A stretch of DNA of 13,980 bases from Archangium sp. Lineage in GTDB: Bacteria; Myxococcota; Myxococcia; Myxococcales; Myxococcaceae. The stretch spans positions 1 through 13,980 of the forward strand of contig JANLPS010000478.1 in the NCBI GenBank assembly GCA_031367385.1, in the 5' to 3' direction. Below are positions 1 through 6,708 of this stretch, piece by piece (position 1 is the stretch's first letter; each line of letters opens with the position of its first letter). The notes under the pieces are model-generated. The model saw only the letters and a program-made list of their open reading frames with translations, was not told the origin of the DNA and made no database searches. Made by a program: the position numbers and the translations under genes.

Positions 1-1213
1 TGAATCGGTGAGCCTGTTCGACCGGGTCGACGGGACGCACCTGCACATGGCCGAGTCACCCCTGATCGAAGAACTTCGCCCGTTTGCTCCCACCGGCGCG
101 CTCTTCGATGACCAGGGCCGGCTGATCGCCCATTTTCCTCCGCTGCCGCACCCCGAAGGCTCGACGCTGCGCGCCCCCGTCGAGGGCCCTCCGTCTGAGC
201 TGAACACCGAGCGCGACGATGCGGGCCGGCACCGGGTGCTCTTGGTTCGCGTCAAGAATGAAGACGGCGCTCAGTATGTGCTGCGACTGACCGCTTCCCT
301 CGAGCAGGTCGACGAGAGCGTGCGCACGTTTGATCTGGTGGCGCTGCTGGTGGTGGTGGTGACCGGGCTCATCTTGCTCGGGGCGCAGATCGTGCTGGGG
401 TCGCGCCTCAAGCGTCGCCTGGGGTCACTCTCGGTGCACTTGCAGCGGGTGCAGAAGGGCCAGCTCGATGAGGCCCCCGCGCCCGACGAAGCGGGTGATG
501 AGATCGCCGCCTTGCGTGAAGTGCTCGCCTCGGCCACCGAGCAGTTGAAGGCTGCGCGGCACGGCCAAGACCGGCTGTTGGCTGACGCGGCCCATGAGCT
601 GCGCACGCCGCTGACGGTGATGCGAACCACGCTCGACCTCGCCCTTCGCCGCGAGCGAACCCCCGCTGAGCTTCGCGAGGCACTCACCGAGGCCCGCACC
701 GAGGTTGAACGCCTCGCGAGCCTGGCCACGGCGCTGCTCGATCGCGCCGCCGCCGAGCGCGGGTGGGACCGAACCGTCGGCGACCTCTCGCAGGTCATCG
801 ACGAAGCGACCGAAGGCATGCGGGTCGCAGCAGAAGAACGAGGCCTGTGGTTTGACGTGGCGTTGGTGCGCCCCGCCTCGGCCCGCTTTCACAGCATGGC
901 GCTGCGGCAAGCCCTCGACAACGTGCTGGCCAATGCGCTGCGCTTCGCGCCCCGCGGCACCGCCATCGAGGTTCGGCTCGAGCGCTGTGCGGCTAGGTGG
1001 TTATTGACGGTGCGTGACTTCGGGCCGGGCATCGCCGTCGCTGAGCGGGAACGCGTCTTTGCTCCATTTCACCGCCTCGATCGCGCGGGCGGCGTCGGCC
1101 TGGGCCTCGCGATCGCCAGCGAGGTGCTTCGGCAACACGAGGGCACCATCACCGCCCGAGCACCCCCCGAGGGGCCCGGGGCCCTCTTCACTCTCGAGCT
1201 GCCCATGGAGTGA
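1..1213 (+). CDS. Sensor histidine kinase (TM-HAMP-HisKA-HATPase_c), 5' end probably outside the window
   Basis: Frame is open upstream of GTG at 8 (GAA TCG GTG). TM segment LVALLVVVVTGLILLGAQIVLG, HAMP-like linker (..GDEIAAL..), H-box DAAHELRTPL, N-box LDNVLANALRF, G1 DFGPGI, F-box VFAPFHR, G2 GVGLGLAI. Stop TGA 1211-1213. Confidence 0.93.
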   Translation, partial: ESVSLFDRVDGTHLHMAESPLIEELRPFAPTGALFDDQGRLIAHFPPLPHPEGSTLRAPVEGPPSELNTERDDAGRHRVLLVRVKNEDGAQYVLRLTASLEQVDESVRTFDLVALLVVVVTGLILLGAQIVLGSRLKRRLGSLSVHLQRVQKGQLDEAPAPDEAGDEIAALREVLASATEQLKAARHGQDRLLADAAHELRTPLTVMRTTLDLALRRERTPAELREALTEARTEVERLASLATALLDRAAAERGWDRTVGDLSQVIDEATEGMRVAAEERGLWFDVALVRPASARFHSMALRQALDNVLANALRFAPRGTAIEVRLERCAARWLLTVRDFGPGIAVAERERVFAPFHRLDRAGGVGLGLAIASEVLRQHEGTITARAPPEGPGALFTLELPME

Positions 1214-1295
1214 CTCACATGCGCTTCCGACCGACGGCTGAATGCATGCACCAGTGCCGATGGCGACGAGGCTCATTCAAGGAACGACCGCGGGC

Positions 1296-1338
1296 TTGTT
1301 GCCGGAGATGCATACAAATATGCTGCTTGCATGCATAC
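1296..1338 (+). promoter_or_regulatory. Putative sigma70-type promoter of vapBC with overlapping ATGCATAC operator-like repeats; probably leaderless
   Basis: TTGTTG (1296-1301) - 17 nt - TATGCT (1319-1324); ATG at 1331 sits where a +1 is expected and has no SD at normal spacing. ATGCATAC at 1308-1315 and 1331-1338. Confidence 0.6.
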
Positions 1339-1528
1339 GACCCGTACAACGATAAACCTTGATTCAGAGCTCGTACGCCGAGCGATGGAGGTGACCTCGA
1401 GTAAGACCAAGACTGCAGCCATCGAGGAGGGCTTGCGCGCCTTGATCGCGAGAGAAGCGTCGAGGCGTCTTGCTGCTCTCGGAGGCAATGCCCGCAGGGC
1501 GCGCGGGCCGAAGCGACTTGCACGATGA
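1331..1528 (+). CDS. vapB: Type II TA antitoxin, VapB family (RHH-like N-terminus)
   Basis: 65 aa, RTTINLDSELVRRAMEVT..KTKTAAIEEGLRALIAREASRRLAALGG pattern typical of VapB antitoxins; stop overlaps start of a PIN gene (ATGA 1525-1528). Confidence 0.9.
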   Translation: MHTTRTTINLDSELVRRAMEVTSSKTKTAAIEEGLRALIAREASRRLAALGGNARRARGPKRLAR

Positions 1529-1887
1529 TTCTCGTAGATACCAATTCGTGGGTGCGTCACGTGCGCGCATCTGACCCTCAGCTGGTGCGCATACTCAGCG
1601 ATGACCACGCCGCGACGTGTACGGTGGTGCTGGGCGAACTCCTCCTGGGCTCGGGTCTGCCGCCGAAGTTGATTGCGTTGTTGAGCGACCTCCCAAAAGT
1701 TTCAAGTCCATCCGCTGAACGGACGCACGACTTCATTGTTCGGCATCACCGCTCTTTCCGAAATTCAGGCGTTGGTTGGGCTGATTCGCAAATTATCGTG
1801 GCCGCCGCAGACGCAGGGACTCTGCTTTACTCAGCAGATACTTCGGTCAACTCGGTGTGGCGTTCGCTCGGCTACCGAAGCCCTTAG
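1525..1887 (+). CDS. vapC: Type II TA toxin, VapC PIN-domain ribonuclease
   Basis: 120 aa; MILVDTNSWV start, and acidic PIN positions in LGELLLG, VGWADSQI and LYSAD; coupled to upstream antitoxin. Confidence 0.92.
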   Translation: MILVDTNSWVRHVRASDPQLVRILSDDHAATCTVVLGELLLGSGLPPKLIALLSDLPKVSSPSAERTHDFIVRHHRSFRNSGVGWADSQIIVAAADAGTLLYSADTSVNSVWRSLGYRSP

Positions 1888-1929
1888 CCTTTCCAACACC
1901 AAGGAGTGGTCGTGCTGACACAGCGCGAC

Positions 1930-2643
1930 TCACATCACGATGATGCCTTTGCGCAGCCCCTCGGTCACCGCCTCGACCCGATTGGTGACCTCGAGCTTTC
2001 GGTAGATGTGCTCGAGGTGCGTGCGAATCGTCGCCTTCGAGAGCGAGAGCAGCGCGGCCGCCTCGCTGTTCGAGACGCCCTTGGCGATCAGCTGCAGAAT
2101 CTCAGACTCCCGGGCCGAGAGCTTCTTGCCCTCGGGTTCTTTTTGAGCGGGGGCCGCCGGCGGGGCGACCTCGCCGACCCGAAAGTGCTTCAAGAGGCGC
2201 CGGGCCAGGTTGGGCTGAATCACCGTGCCGCCTCCGCGCACCTCGCGAATCGCTTCGATCATCTTGTCGGCCGGAGTGCCCTTGAGCAGGTACCCCGAGG
2301 CCCCCGCCTGCACCGCCTCGAGCACTTTTTCTTCTTCGTCGAAGATGGTGAAGATCAAGATTTCGACCTCGGGCGTCGTGGCCTTCACCGCGCGCGTCAC
2401 GTCGATGCCGCTCATGCGGGGCAGGCCCAGGTCGAGCAACAACACGTGTGGTCGCAGGCGCTTCAGGTCATCGAGCGCGGCCTCACCCGAGAGCGCGGTG
2501 CCGACGATCTCGAGCTCGTGGCTGGCCTCGAGCAACTTGAGCTGGTTCTTCAGAATCTTCGGCTGATCTTCGACCACGTAGACGCGAATGCGCTCGGTGG
2601 GGGCGACGGCGGGCTCGGCGGGGGGCGGGGCGGTCGGGTCCAA
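1930..2643 (-). CDS. DNA-binding response regulator, NarL/FixJ (REC + LuxR HTH)
   Basis: REC: VVEDQ, LLDLGLP (phospho-Asp), FTIF, GASGYLLK; LuxR: LSARESEILQLIAKGVSNSEAA..LSKATIRTHLEHIYRKLEV. TTG start preceded by AAGGAG on the minus strand. Confidence 0.96.
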   Translation of the reverse strand: MDPTAPPPAEPAVAPTERIRVYVVEDQPKILKNQLKLLEASHELEIVGTALSGEAALDDLKRLRPHVLLLDLGLPRMSGIDVTRAVKATTPEVEILIFTIFDEEEKVLEAVQAGASGYLLKGTPADKMIEAIREVRGGGTVIQPNLARRLLKHFRVGEVAPPAAPAQKEPEGKKLSARESEILQLIAKGVSNSEAAALLSLSKATIRTHLEHIYRKLEVTNRVEAVTEGLRKGIIVM

Positions 2644-2653
2644 TGAGGCTCCT

Positions 2654-3919
2654 TCACGTCGAGACGGGTACCGAGAAAGTGATGCGTGCGCCCTTGCCGG
2701 GCGTCGAGTCGATGATCACCTCGGCGCCGACCTTGTGCGCACGCTCGCGCATGTTGCCCAGGCCGTAGTGACCGATCTTCGGGGCGTTCGGGTCGAAGCC
2801 GAGCCCGTCGTCTTTCACCGAGAGGTGCACTTGATCGAGGCTGAAGTGCAGCTTCACCTCGACCCGCTGCGCCTGCGCATGCTTGAGCGCGTTCGACAGG
2901 GTCTCTTGCAACACGCGAAAAATCGCCAGCGCGCCCTCGGGCTGCAACCGCCCGGAGCCGGTGCCGCTGGTCTCGAACTTCACGTCGAGCTTGCTGCGCT
3001 CGCGAAAGGTCTTCACGTAGTCTTCGACGCCCGAGGCCAGATCGAAGTCTTCGCGCATCATCTGCAGGCTTCGTCGCAGCTCGTCGATCGACTCCTCGGC
3101 CGAGGCGCGCAGCTCGGTGATCTCGGTCTGCAACGGCACGTTGTCGCCAGCGATCTGCCCCAGGTACTCGGCTTGAATGATCAACGACGAGAGGCTCGCC
3201 CCGAGGCCGTCGTGAATCTCGCGCGCCAGGCGGTTGCGCTCTTCGATGACGGCCAGCTCTTTCAAGTCGCCCTGAAGCTCGACGACCTCGCGGTGCGCGC
3301 TGACCTCGCGCTCGTTCAGGTAGACCAGCACGTAGATGATGATGAAGTTGAGGGCGAGGTACCAGAGCAGCGTCAGCACCTCGATGGCCGTCGGGCTTCG
3401 ATCGAGCAGCTGATCAATGCGGGTCGTGATCGGCAGCGCCAACAACGGCGGCAAGATCGCCAACGGCTTCGGGTACAGAATCGCGAACAGCGTCGTGAAC
3501 AACAGCTGCGTCGCGAGCAGCGGGTTCTGTAAGCCACCGGCGACCTGCGGCTTCACCACCACCACCACCATCACGATCAAATCCATACACAGCGTGATGT
3601 AGGTGACGATGCGCCCGGCCTTGGCGTTGGCCAGCACCATGTAGTTCGCCACGCTGTACATCAGCATGAACAGGTACATCGCGAAGGCGAGCTCAGTGAA
3701 CGCGAAGTAGCTGCGCCAGACGGGCACGCCCAGAATCAACAACCCGAGCGTGAGAAACATCATGCGCGCGTAGAAGAGTGCCCGGGCGCGCGCCAAGAAC
3801 CGGTCTTGCACCCACGCTTCAGAGGCCTCACCTGGTGAGATTTTTTGAGTCAGCCCCCGCTTGTCGAGCACGGCTCTCACGCGAGCCCGGCGATCGTCGT
3901 TTTGCTCCACGGCAAGCAC
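2654..3919 (-). CDS. Membrane sensor histidine kinase, NarX/UhpB-like (HisKA_3 + HATPase_c), cognate of the adjacent regulator
   Basis: Several hydrophobic segments, H-box ERNRLAREIHDGLG, N-box QETLSNALKHA, DDGLGF, GHYGLGNMRERA. Start uncertain: GTG at 3919 or 3910 is more plausible than ATG at 4000, whose extension overlaps the divergent gene. Confidence 0.92.
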   Translation of the reverse strand: MLAVEQNDDRRARVRAVLDKRGLTQKISPGEASEAWVQDRFLARARALFYARMMFLTLGLLILGVPVWRSYFAFTELAFAMYLFMLMYSVANYMVLANAKAGRIVTYITLCMDLIVMVVVVVKPQVAGGLQNPLLATQLLFTTLFAILYPKPLAILPPLLALPITTRIDQLLDRSPTAIEVLTLLWYLALNFIIIYVLVYLNEREVSAHREVVELQGDLKELAVIEERNRLAREIHDGLGASLSSLIIQAEYLGQIAGDNVPLQTEITELRASAEESIDELRRSLQMMREDFDLASGVEDYVKTFRERSKLDVKFETSGTGSGRLQPEGALAIFRVLQETLSNALKHAQAQRVEVKLHFSLDQVHLSVKDDGLGFDPNAPKIGHYGLGNMRERAHKVGAEVIIDSTPGKGARITFSVPVST

Positions 3920-3993
3920 TGTACAGCGATCTTCGATGGTTGCTGAGGGGCAACCGGCTTGCGATCGACGGGGGGTGCATCTATGAGCGGCGC

Positions 3994-4428
3994 ATGGCAC
4001 TGAAGGTACAGAACGCTTCGCGACCTGCAGGGCAGACGTCCAACGAAGTCAAAGTGACCGTGGCCGGGTCGATGGAGCGTTCGAAGAAGGGGCTCGAGGG
4101 TCACCTCTTCGTCGAGGGCAGCGATGTGCTCGTGCCGACCCAAGGCATGCGATTCGTGCCCAGCGAGGTCGAGCTGGTCGACGCGAAGTCAGGCAAGACG
4201 GTGGCCCGCGCGCAGGCCAAACCCGCCTCGACCACTCAGTCGCCAGGCGCCACGTCGATCGATTATCGGCTGAGCTTCAAAGACGCCGAGGTGTCGGGCG
4301 ACGGCAAATATTTTTTCCGTGTGCCGCTCGAGGGCAACGCCGTCGAAAATGGCAAGGCGCGAGGTGCGTTCTCTGACACCTTCGAGACCGCGCCCTTCTT
4401 CGTGTCGACGAAAGCCGGCAAGAAGTAA
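3994..4428 (+). CDS. Hypothetical protein (144 aa, beta-strand-rich)
   Basis: ATG 3994 (MALKVQNASRP...) to TAA 4428; GC3-biased codon usage matching neighbours; alternating hydrophobic patterns (VKVTV, LFVEG, VELVD, YRLSF, YFFRV). Upstream extension to 3778 overlaps the minus-strand kinase and is not used. Confidence 0.7.
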   Translation: MALKVQNASRPAGQTSNEVKVTVAGSMERSKKGLEGHLFVEGSDVLVPTQGMRFVPSEVELVDAKSGKTVARAQAKPASTTQSPGATSIDYRLSFKDAEVSGDGKYFFRVPLEGNAVENGKARGAFSDTFETAPFFVSTKAGKK

Positions 4429-4437
4429 TCGGCGGGC

Positions 4438-5076
4438 ATGATCGATTCGGCCTGCATCATCGGCGTGGGCGGGCTCGGGTGCCCCTCGTCACTCGCGCTG
4501 CTGCACGCAGGAGTGGCCAGGCTGACGTTGATCGACCCCGACGTCGTCGAGCTGAGCAACCTGCACCGCCAGCTCTGGCACACCGAGGCTGACCTCGGCC
4601 GGCCGAAGGTCGAGTCGGCAGCCTCGAAGATTCGAGCGCAGTTTCCAGCCGTCACCGTGACGGCTCGGCAGGAGCGGGTGACCGCGAGCTCGGCGCCTGC
4701 GATGTTTGCTGGGCACTCGGTCGTCATCGACGCGACTGACGGAGTCGAGACCAAGTTCATGCTCTCAGACACCGCAGTGCAGACCGGTATCACGTTGATC
4801 TACGGAGGCGTCGTGCGCTTCGAAGGCCTGGCGCTGCGCATCGAAGAGGGCGGCCCGTGTCTTCGCTGTCTATTCGAGTCGATGCCGGCCGATGCACCAA
4901 CCTGCGCCCAGGCCGGCGTGATGGGCTCGATGGCTGGGGTCATCGGAGCGCTGCAGGCCGCCTTGGCGCTCGAGGGCGCCAAAGGCGTCGTTCACGTGGT
5001 CGACGGGCTGACGTTCGAGGCGCGAACCATTGCGCTGAGGCAGCGCCCCGACTGCGCGTTACACCTCCGCGCATGA
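4438..5076 (+). CDS. HesA/MoeB/ThiF family E1-like adenylyltransferase (active-type domain, lacking the N-terminal Arg-finger segment)
   Basis: P-loop IIGVGGLG, D-VVELSNLHRQ, GRPKV, VIDATD, Zn motif CLRC, conserved Cys in TCAQAGVMG, C-terminal RPDCALH. Confidence 0.93.
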   Translation: MIDSACIIGVGGLGCPSSLALLHAGVARLTLIDPDVVELSNLHRQLWHTEADLGRPKVESAASKIRAQFPAVTVTARQERVTASSAPAMFAGHSVVIDATDGVETKFMLSDTAVQTGITLIYGGVVRFEGLALRIEEGGPCLRCLFESMPADAPTCAQAGVMGSMAGVIGALQAALALEGAKGVVHVVDGLTFEARTIALRQRPDCALHLRA

Positions 5077-5333
5077 ACCCGCCTGACCTGAGCATCGACA
5101 TCACCCAAGAGGTCTGCCCAATGACCTACGTGAGGGTGAAGTTGGCGCTCGAGCGATTGGTTTCGGGGCAGACGCTCGAGGTGGTGATGAGTGGCGACGA
5201 GCCCTGGCGCAATGTGCCTCGCAGCGTGGTGGAAGACGGGCATGAGGTGCTGCGCGGCGCTCCGCCTGGGAGGCTCTTGGTGAGGAAGGGTCCTTCGAGT
5301 GCCCCAGGACGGGCGGGGACATATGTTGAGTGA
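5073..5333 (+). CDS. TusA/SirA-like sulfurtransferase (sulfur carrier)
   Basis: 86 aa from ATG 5073 (ATGA overlap with upstream stop): IDITQEVCPMTYVRVKLALERL..GQTLEVV..EPWRNVPRSVVEDGHEV; Cys codon at 5115-5117 in a CPxP-like (CPMT) motif. Confidence 0.9.
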   Translation: MNPPDLSIDITQEVCPMTYVRVKLALERLVSGQTLEVVMSGDEPWRNVPRSVVEDGHEVLRGAPPGRLLVRKGPSSAPGRAGTYVE

Positions 5334-5760
5334 GGCACAGATTCAGCGGTTTTCGCGGCAGATTTTGCTCCGTGAGGTCGGCGGGGTGGGTCAGGAGCGG
5401 TTGCTGGTCACTCCCGTACGCGTGACAGGGCAGTCGGCGGCCTTCGAGGTCGCCCGCCGCACATTGCTGGCTGGCGGGTCGCCCTTGAGTGATGTGGCTC
5501 TGCTCGTCATCGGTGAGAAGGGCCCCCACGCCGATGTGGTGATCTTCGGGGCGACCGTCGCTGCCGGGTGCCGGGCCTGCCTCGCCGAGCTGACCTCCAC
5601 GCCTTCGCCGCAGCGACCCGAGCTCGCCGTGATGCTCGGCAGCCTCGCGGCGTTGACCGCCCAGCGCCTCGTTTTGGGTCGAGGCGAGGCCGTGGTCGTC
5701 GCTCGGTGGGCCGACGGCAGGCTCGAGACCAGCCACCCCAAGTGCCCGCATTCGCCCTGA
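5323..5760 (+). CDS. Degenerate ThiF/MoeB-like protein (N-terminal RFSRQ segment, no P-loop)
   Basis: ATG 5323: MLSEAQIQRFSRQILLREVGGVGQERLL matches the MoeB/ThiF N-terminus; GxGGxG replaced by TGQSAA; keeps CRAC, a GSLAAL helix and C-terminal HPKCPH; 145 aa. Confidence 0.8.
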   Translation: MLSEAQIQRFSRQILLREVGGVGQERLLVTPVRVTGQSAAFEVARRTLLAGGSPLSDVALLVIGEKGPHADVVIFGATVAAGCRACLAELTSTPSPQRPELAVMLGSLAALTAQRLVLGRGEAVVVARWADGRLETSHPKCPHSP

Positions 5761-5806
5761 AACGACGCGTTGCGCCCAACAATCGCGCTTCCCGAATCGT
5801 TCTACA

Positions 5807-5836
5807 TTGTCAAGAACAAGTCGTCTGAACTATAAG
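5807..5836 (+). promoter_or_regulatory. Possible sigma70-type promoter for the cysC-like gene
   Basis: TTGTCA (5807-5812) - 18 nt - TATAAG (5831-5836) in an AT-richer intergenic stretch about 95 nt upstream of the ATG. Confidence 0.4.
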
Positions 5837-5929
5837 GCCGCGTCTTTCACGGCCCCCGGTGAAGAAATCGGCGGCCACACGCGGTGCGGTTCTTGGTTCA
5901 CGACACACGCAGCGGGAGCAAAAATCGAA

Positions 5930-6616
5930 ATGGCAGACACCCAGGGGTTCACGGTCTGGCTGACCGGCATGTTGGGCGCAGGCAAGACGACCACGGCGAA
6001 CTACATCGCGGCGCGTCTGCGTCAGGTCGGTCGGCAGGTCGAAGTGCTCGACGATGACGAGCTCGGCGACGACCTGTGGAAAGAGGTCGAAGGCGACACC
6101 AAAGAAGACCGCATCACCATCGCTCGCCGCATGGGCTACGTGGCTGAGCTGCTGACCCGTAACGGCGTCTGCACCCTCGTCGCCTGCGCCAGCCCCTACA
6201 AGAACGTTCGCGAAGAGAACCGCCGCCGCATCGAGCGCTACATCGAGGTCTATGTCGACTGCCCGACCGACGACCTGATCAAGCGCGACACCACCGGCAA
6301 GTACAAGAAGGCCATGCAGGGCGAGATTCCCAACTTCGTGGGCATCACCGAGCCGTATGAGCCGCCCAACTCGCCTGAGGTCACCATTCAGACCAACACC
6401 GAGACCGTCGAAGCCGGCGGGCTCAAGGTGTTCCAGTCGCTCCTCGACTTGACCTACGTCACCACCGAAGAGCTGAAGATCATCACCGGCACCAAGATGA
6501 AGCCGAACCCCGCCGGCAAGGCTCGTCGCCCGGCGAAGGGTGCCCGTGGAGCGCGTGCTCCGGCCCGTGCCGCTCGCGTCGCCAAGGCCAAGCCGGCCGC
6601 CAAGCGCAAGCGCTAG
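5930..6616 (+). CDS. cysC: Adenylyl-sulfate (APS) kinase-like protein with basic C-terminal tail
   Basis: GFTVWLTGMLGAGKTT P-loop, SPY, EVYVDCP, RD..GKYKKA..GEIPNFVGITEPYEPP..PE. ATG 5930 with GGGAG upstream. Several substrate-site positions diverge (see findings). Confidence 0.85.
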   Translation: MADTQGFTVWLTGMLGAGKTTTANYIAARLRQVGRQVEVLDDDELGDDLWKEVEGDTKEDRITIARRMGYVAELLTRNGVCTLVACASPYKNVREENRRRIERYIEVYVDCPTDDLIKRDTTGKYKKAMQGEIPNFVGITEPYEPPNSPEVTIQTNTETVEAGGLKVFQSLLDLTYVTTEELKIITGTKMKPNPAGKARRPAKGARGARAPARAARVAKAKPAAKRKR

Positions 6617-6639
6617 CACCAAGGCAAACGTCGTCGTCG

Positions 6640-6680
6640 CGGGGCCCTGAGCAACACGCTCAAGGCCCCGTTGTCGTTTT
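6640..6680 (+). terminator. Probable intrinsic terminator after cysC-like gene
   Basis: CGGGGCCCTGAGC (6640-6652) / GCTCAAGGCCCCG (6658-6670): 13-bp stem with one mismatch, 5-nt loop, followed by TTGTCGTTTT. Confidence 0.75.
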
Positions 6681-6708
6681 CTCTGCGAGCCGTTACAGGG
6701 CGTGCACC

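Noticed and set aside
7..23. GGTGAGCCTGT match to the repeat at 10.36 kb
   Set aside because: Only 11 nt, lies in frame in the kinase coding sequence, lacks the rest of the unit; probably chance.
1906..3532. Long + strand ORFs 1906-2646 and 2588-3532
   Set aside because: Antisense shadows of the well-supported regulator and kinase; expected in GC-rich DNA; no motifs.
4857..5072. N-terminal extension of the TusA ORF
   Set aside because: Overlaps the E1 gene out of frame; the ATGA-coupled start at 5073 gives a normal-sized TusA.
5323..5760. Second ThiF-like gene as a pseudogene
   Set aside because: Intact frame, coupled start, retained RFSRQ and Cys motifs; more consistent with a functional non-catalytic subunit, though not proven.
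4438..5760. E1 genes as part of a CBASS/Bil-type antiphage ubiquitin-like system
   Set aside because: No E2, JAB, CD-NTase or Ubl gene in the window; TusA and LarE context points to sulfur transfer.
5810..6622. 270-aa minus-strand ORF (likewise 8851-9849, 11316-11855, 271-819)
   Set aside because: Fully antisense to genes with clear family motifs.
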